32,009 nucleotides of DNA from Candidatus Nanohaloarchaea archaeon (GTDB taxonomy: Archaea; Nanohalarchaeota; Nanosalinia; Nanosalinales; Nanosalinaceae): positions 1-32,009 of the forward strand of contig JBEQBQ010000013.1 in NCBI GenBank assembly GCA_041639695.1, written 5' to 3'. Position numbers and translations under genes: made by a program. This document shows, piece by piece, positions 29,173 to 32,009 of the stretch (position 1 is its first letter; the number at the start of each line of letters is the position of its first letter). The notes beneath the pieces are model-generated. The model worked only from the letters and a program-made list of their open reading frames with translations, searched no databases and was not told where the DNA came from.

Positions 29173-29331
29173 TCAGAAGGTATACAGCCGGTCCAAGGCT
29201 GCATCCACAAATTTCTCCTCTTTATCCTCAAATAGTGGTGCAGCATCCTCTACAGCCATTCTTCCCTCGGAGGTAAGCTGTTTTCCGAACTGTTTCCGAG
29301 CCGAACTTAACACATCAACCTTACCGGTCAA
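29173..29331 (-). pseudogene. Orphan 3' fragment (52 codons) of the toprim gene; diverged direct repeat of 30481-30642
   Basis: Translates as LTGKVDVLSSARKQFGKQLTSEGRMAVEDAAPLFEDKEEKFVDAALDRLYTF*; 49/52 aa identical to the C-terminus of 30481-30906. Confidence 0.92.
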
Positions 29332-29357
29332 GCCTTACAGATTTCTGACTAAACTAG

Positions 29358-30449
29358 TTATTCAACCTTCTCCTCCAGTTTTTCAATACGAGCAACCAAG
29401 TCACGCAAAATTTCGTGGTGTGCTGCGATGACAGGCCACTTTTTCGGCTGATTCGGAACCATATCTCCCACATCATAGCCGTACTTGTTAACGTATTCTT
29501 CATGAGCCCATTTTTCCGACAGAGGCTTCATGTGTACAGCATGTTCTGACCAATTGTAAAGGTGCTCCGCAATAAATCCGTGAGCGGTATTCTCGTTATC
29601 ATCTCTTGTTTCGTAGGTAACAGCCTTTACATCGAGTATTCCGTACGGTTTAGCATTAAGTTCCCGGATATTTTTCTTGAACCTTTCAGAAGAGACAGAG
29701 CCGCCAGAATAGTCGAAGAGAGTAGCGGTCTTTGCACCACCAGAACCTTCCTGTGCAGATGAAATACTTACATCGCCGTCAGCAAATCCGCTGATTTGGC
29801 CGTCATGGCCTTGAATCTTCCACTGACCACTACCTGCATCATAACCGCCATCGTAAATATGGTTGCCCTGAATTCTACGGACGGATGTAATCGGTTCATT
29901 TGACATATCAATATACGTGTTCGTAAATTCGAGAGTCCCCGGTGCCGAACTTCCCACGTAATACCGGAAAGCTGAATACGACCCGGCATCGTCATAGACA
30001 TACCACCCCAAATCACCATCATTCAAGCCGGTAGAAGTGTGCATTACAGGACGACCATTACCGTCCAAAGAATACACATCGTCTCCACTACCATTCTCAA
30101 TAGCCTGACCTGTATCCAGCCTCAAATCAGTGTTTTTGATTTCAACTGGCCCCCCTTTGTTTATCTTGAAGTAATCCGTACCTGAATCAAGAAAATCAAG
30201 ACCTGAATCATTTGAAATACCATTATTCGTAAGTTTTAATCCCGAAGCAGAAGCCAACCCCATGGCGCCAATACCAGCAGCTCCAGCCCCCAACTTCTTC
30301 AAGAAACCTCTACGTGAAATCTTATTTGAAACATGATTATCCTTATCTTCCTTTTTAAGCTGTCTTACTTCCTCTTCAAGTTCTTTCTTTTCTGTCTCCA
30401 GTTTTTCGACTTTTCTAGCCAGCTCCTCAACTTTTTCCTCCAAATCCAT
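29358..30449 (-). CDS. Tail-fibre/adhesin-like protein: N-terminal coiled coil, Tat motif, beta-rich body, C-terminal peptidase S74 (ICA) chaperone
   Basis: SRRGFLKK plus hydrophobic stretch and ASA cleavage site; SSERFKKNI...TY...GFIAE...C-terminal coiled coil. Confidence 0.8.
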   Translation of the reverse strand: MDLEEKVEELARKVEKLETEKKELEEEVRQLKKEDKDNHVSNKISRRGFLKKLGAGAAGIGAMGLASASGLKLTNNGISNDSGLDFLDSGTDYFKINKGGPVEIKNTDLRLDTGQAIENGSGDDVYSLDGNGRPVMHTSTGLNDGDLGWYVYDDAGSYSAFRYYVGSSAPGTLEFTNTYIDMSNEPITSVRRIQGNHIYDGGYDAGSGQWKIQGHDGQISGFADGDVSISSAQEGSGGAKTATLFDYSGGSVSSERFKKNIRELNAKPYGILDVKAVTYETRDDNENTAHGFIAEHLYNWSEHAVHMKPLSEKWAHEEYVNKYGYDVGDMVPNQPKKWPVIAAHHEILRDLVARIEKLEEKVE

Positions 30450-30480
30450 GAGAGTAACTGGAAAAATCGAGAACTTAAAC

Positions 30481-30906
30481 TTAATCGAATGTATAAAGCC
30501 GGTCTAAAGCAGCATCCACAAACTTCTCTTCCTTATCTTCGAATAATGGTGCTACGTCCTCTACAGCCATTCTTCCCTCTTTCGTTAACTGCTTTCCAAA
30601 TTGCTTGCGCGCAGAACTAATCACATCGACCTTTCCGGTTAAGTGTTGACGTATTTCTTTGTTCTGCTGTTTTCCGTGTGAATCAAAATCGGTTAAAATA
30701 GCTACTTTTTCACTTCCACGTTCTACATCCTCAGCTAAGTCTTCATGGGTTCTTTCAGCTGATTCAAAGATCTTTCCTTCAAAACCAAGCATTCTCATAA
30801 CTCTCTTGTCGGAGAAGCCTTCTACAATTATAGAGTCAACGTCTCTATCCAGTTTTTCAACCTCGTTTTCCAGACGGTTTCTTTCCTTGAACTTCTCTAC
30901 ATCCAT
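30481..30906 (-). CDS. Small toprim-domain protein (RNase M5/primase-like)
   Basis: IIVEGFSD and ILTDFDSHG motifs. Confidence 0.88.
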   Translation of the reverse strand: MDVEKFKERNRLENEVEKLDRDVDSIIVEGFSDKRVMRMLGFEGKIFESAERTHEDLAEDVERGSEKVAILTDFDSHGKQQNKEIRQHLTGKVDVISSARKQFGKQLTKEGRMAVEDVAPLFEDKEEKFVDAALDRLYTFD

Positions 30907-30941
30907 AACTGGGGTAAATTAGGAACTCGAAGTATAAATAC

Positions 30942-31526
30942 ATGGATTCAAACGACAGCATGGTCGACTACCTCGTCGAAATGGAGAAAATTACTAAGCC
31001 TGAAGTTGAAGAAGCGTTTAGAGCTGTTGACCGGAAGAAATTCGTACCTGAAAACGTGAAAGATAGGGCTTACGAGGACAGACCGTTCAGTTTAATGGAA
31101 GGCTCAACAATTTCAGCACCTCACATGGTTGCAATCGATACGGAACTACTCGAGGTTGAAGACAGTTCTAGAGTTGCGGAAGTAGGTTCAGGTTCGGGTT
31201 ACCAGCTAGCGATACTTTCCGAGTTAGTGGATGAAGTTAAGGGTGTCGAACTTCAGGAAGAACTTGTAGAATCCTCAAAGAAAAAACTATCAGAAAGAGA
31301 TAACGTGGAAGTATTTCAGGGATCAGGACTCGAGCCTCTGGAAGGCAGTTTTGACCGTATAATGTTTTCATGCGCGATAGACTCCTTCAAGCCGTTCCTC
31401 AATAGGTTGAAGGATGGAGGGATTATTGTAGCGCCGGTGAACGAGCAGATGGGTCAGAGACTGAAGAAGTGGAAGGCTGGAGATATCACAAACCATGGAA
31501 TGGTCCGTTTCACGGATTTCAGGTAA
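30942..31526 (+). CDS. pcm: Protein-L-isoaspartate O-methyltransferase
   Basis: AFRAVDRKKFVP, AYEDRP, TISAPHMV and EVGSGSGY motifs. Confidence 0.93.
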   Translation: MDSNDSMVDYLVEMEKITKPEVEEAFRAVDRKKFVPENVKDRAYEDRPFSLMEGSTISAPHMVAIDTELLEVEDSSRVAEVGSGSGYQLAILSELVDEVKGVELQEELVESSKKKLSERDNVEVFQGSGLEPLEGSFDRIMFSCAIDSFKPFLNRLKDGGIIVAPVNEQMGQRLKKWKAGDITNHGMVRFTDFR

Positions 31527-32007
31527 CTTTTCGTTCTATTTCCTTGCTTAAAACCGGGTTAACTGCGGACTGGAAGAAACTTCGGACAGTGTCCCTGTAA
31601 GCATCAAAGGATTCTTTATTACCAGAGTATGAAATATTGAAATCCTCTGTAACCTTGATTTCATGGCTGAACCTTTTGTTCCGGAAGCTTCCGAAATCCT
31701 TTCTAGAGTTAACCAGTTTTTCCCTCATACGTGATTCTGCGTCTTCAGGTATCTCCGCGAACACTTTATGTTTAACATCATCATGAGAGACAACCTCCAG
31801 CCGGAAACCCAGTCCTTCAGAGTCCTTAACTTTGATCCTGTTATCCCCGTATTCTTTCTCAGTTCTTACTTTAGGCGTGAAAAGTTCTGCGATCCTCTCG
31901 GTCGAAACCACGCCGAGTGTTTCCATAACCTCTTTCTCCACTTCCTCTGGCTGAAGTACGTAACCTGATTCGACAGGTTCAAAGGTGCTTACCGCAGCGT
32001 AATAGAC
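31519..32007 (-). CDS. Hypothetical protein (5' end lies outside the window)
   Basis: The frame stays open upstream of 31941 to the window edge (VYYAAVSTFEPVESGYVLQPEEVEKE...). Confidence 0.6.
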   Translation of the reverse strand, partial: VYYAAVSTFEPVESGYVLQPEEVEKEVMETLGVVSTERIAELFTPKVRTEKEYGDNRIKVKDSEGLGFRLEVVSHDDVKHKVFAEIPEDAESRMREKLVNSRKDFGSFRNKRFSHEIKVTEDFNISYSGNKESFDAYRDTVRSFFQSAVNPVLSKEIERKVT

Positions 32008-32009
32008 CT

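Noticed and set aside
29173-30642. Provirus or IS element
   Set aside because: No integrase, transposase, capsid gene or terminal inverted repeats; reported only as a capture scar.

Overview
A gene-dense archaeal chromosomal segment. The proteins are very acidic, GC is moderate, TATA-like boxes sit about 25 nt upstream of starts and convergent stops overlap, which fits a Nanohaloarchaeota (DPANN) genome best (inference). Housekeeping content: tRNA-Thr(GGU), intron-containing tRNA-Trp(CCA), rpl40e (missed by the ORF track), endonuclease IV, NYN RNase next to a CBS-HPF (Hib-type) hibernation factor, PINA ATPase, nrdR-nrdJ with two NrdR boxes, a beta-CASP nuclease, a toprim protein and pcm. Most notable observations: (1) a Tat-signal, tail-fibre-like protein with a C-terminal S74 chaperone, bracketed by two synonymously diverged copies of the toprim 3' end, which marks a recent capture event; (2) two paralogous PD-QxK nucleases flanking an unknown gene, with no methyltransferase, facing a Clp-fold protease across a palindrome-rich divergent promoter; (3) a 56-nt tRNA-Trp intron that appears to be a minimal single-guide C'/D' RNA for Cm34; (4) a start-less NUMOD3-like/PD-(D/E)xK endonuclease remnant behind nrdJ. 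All calls come from reading motifs by eye; no database searches were run.
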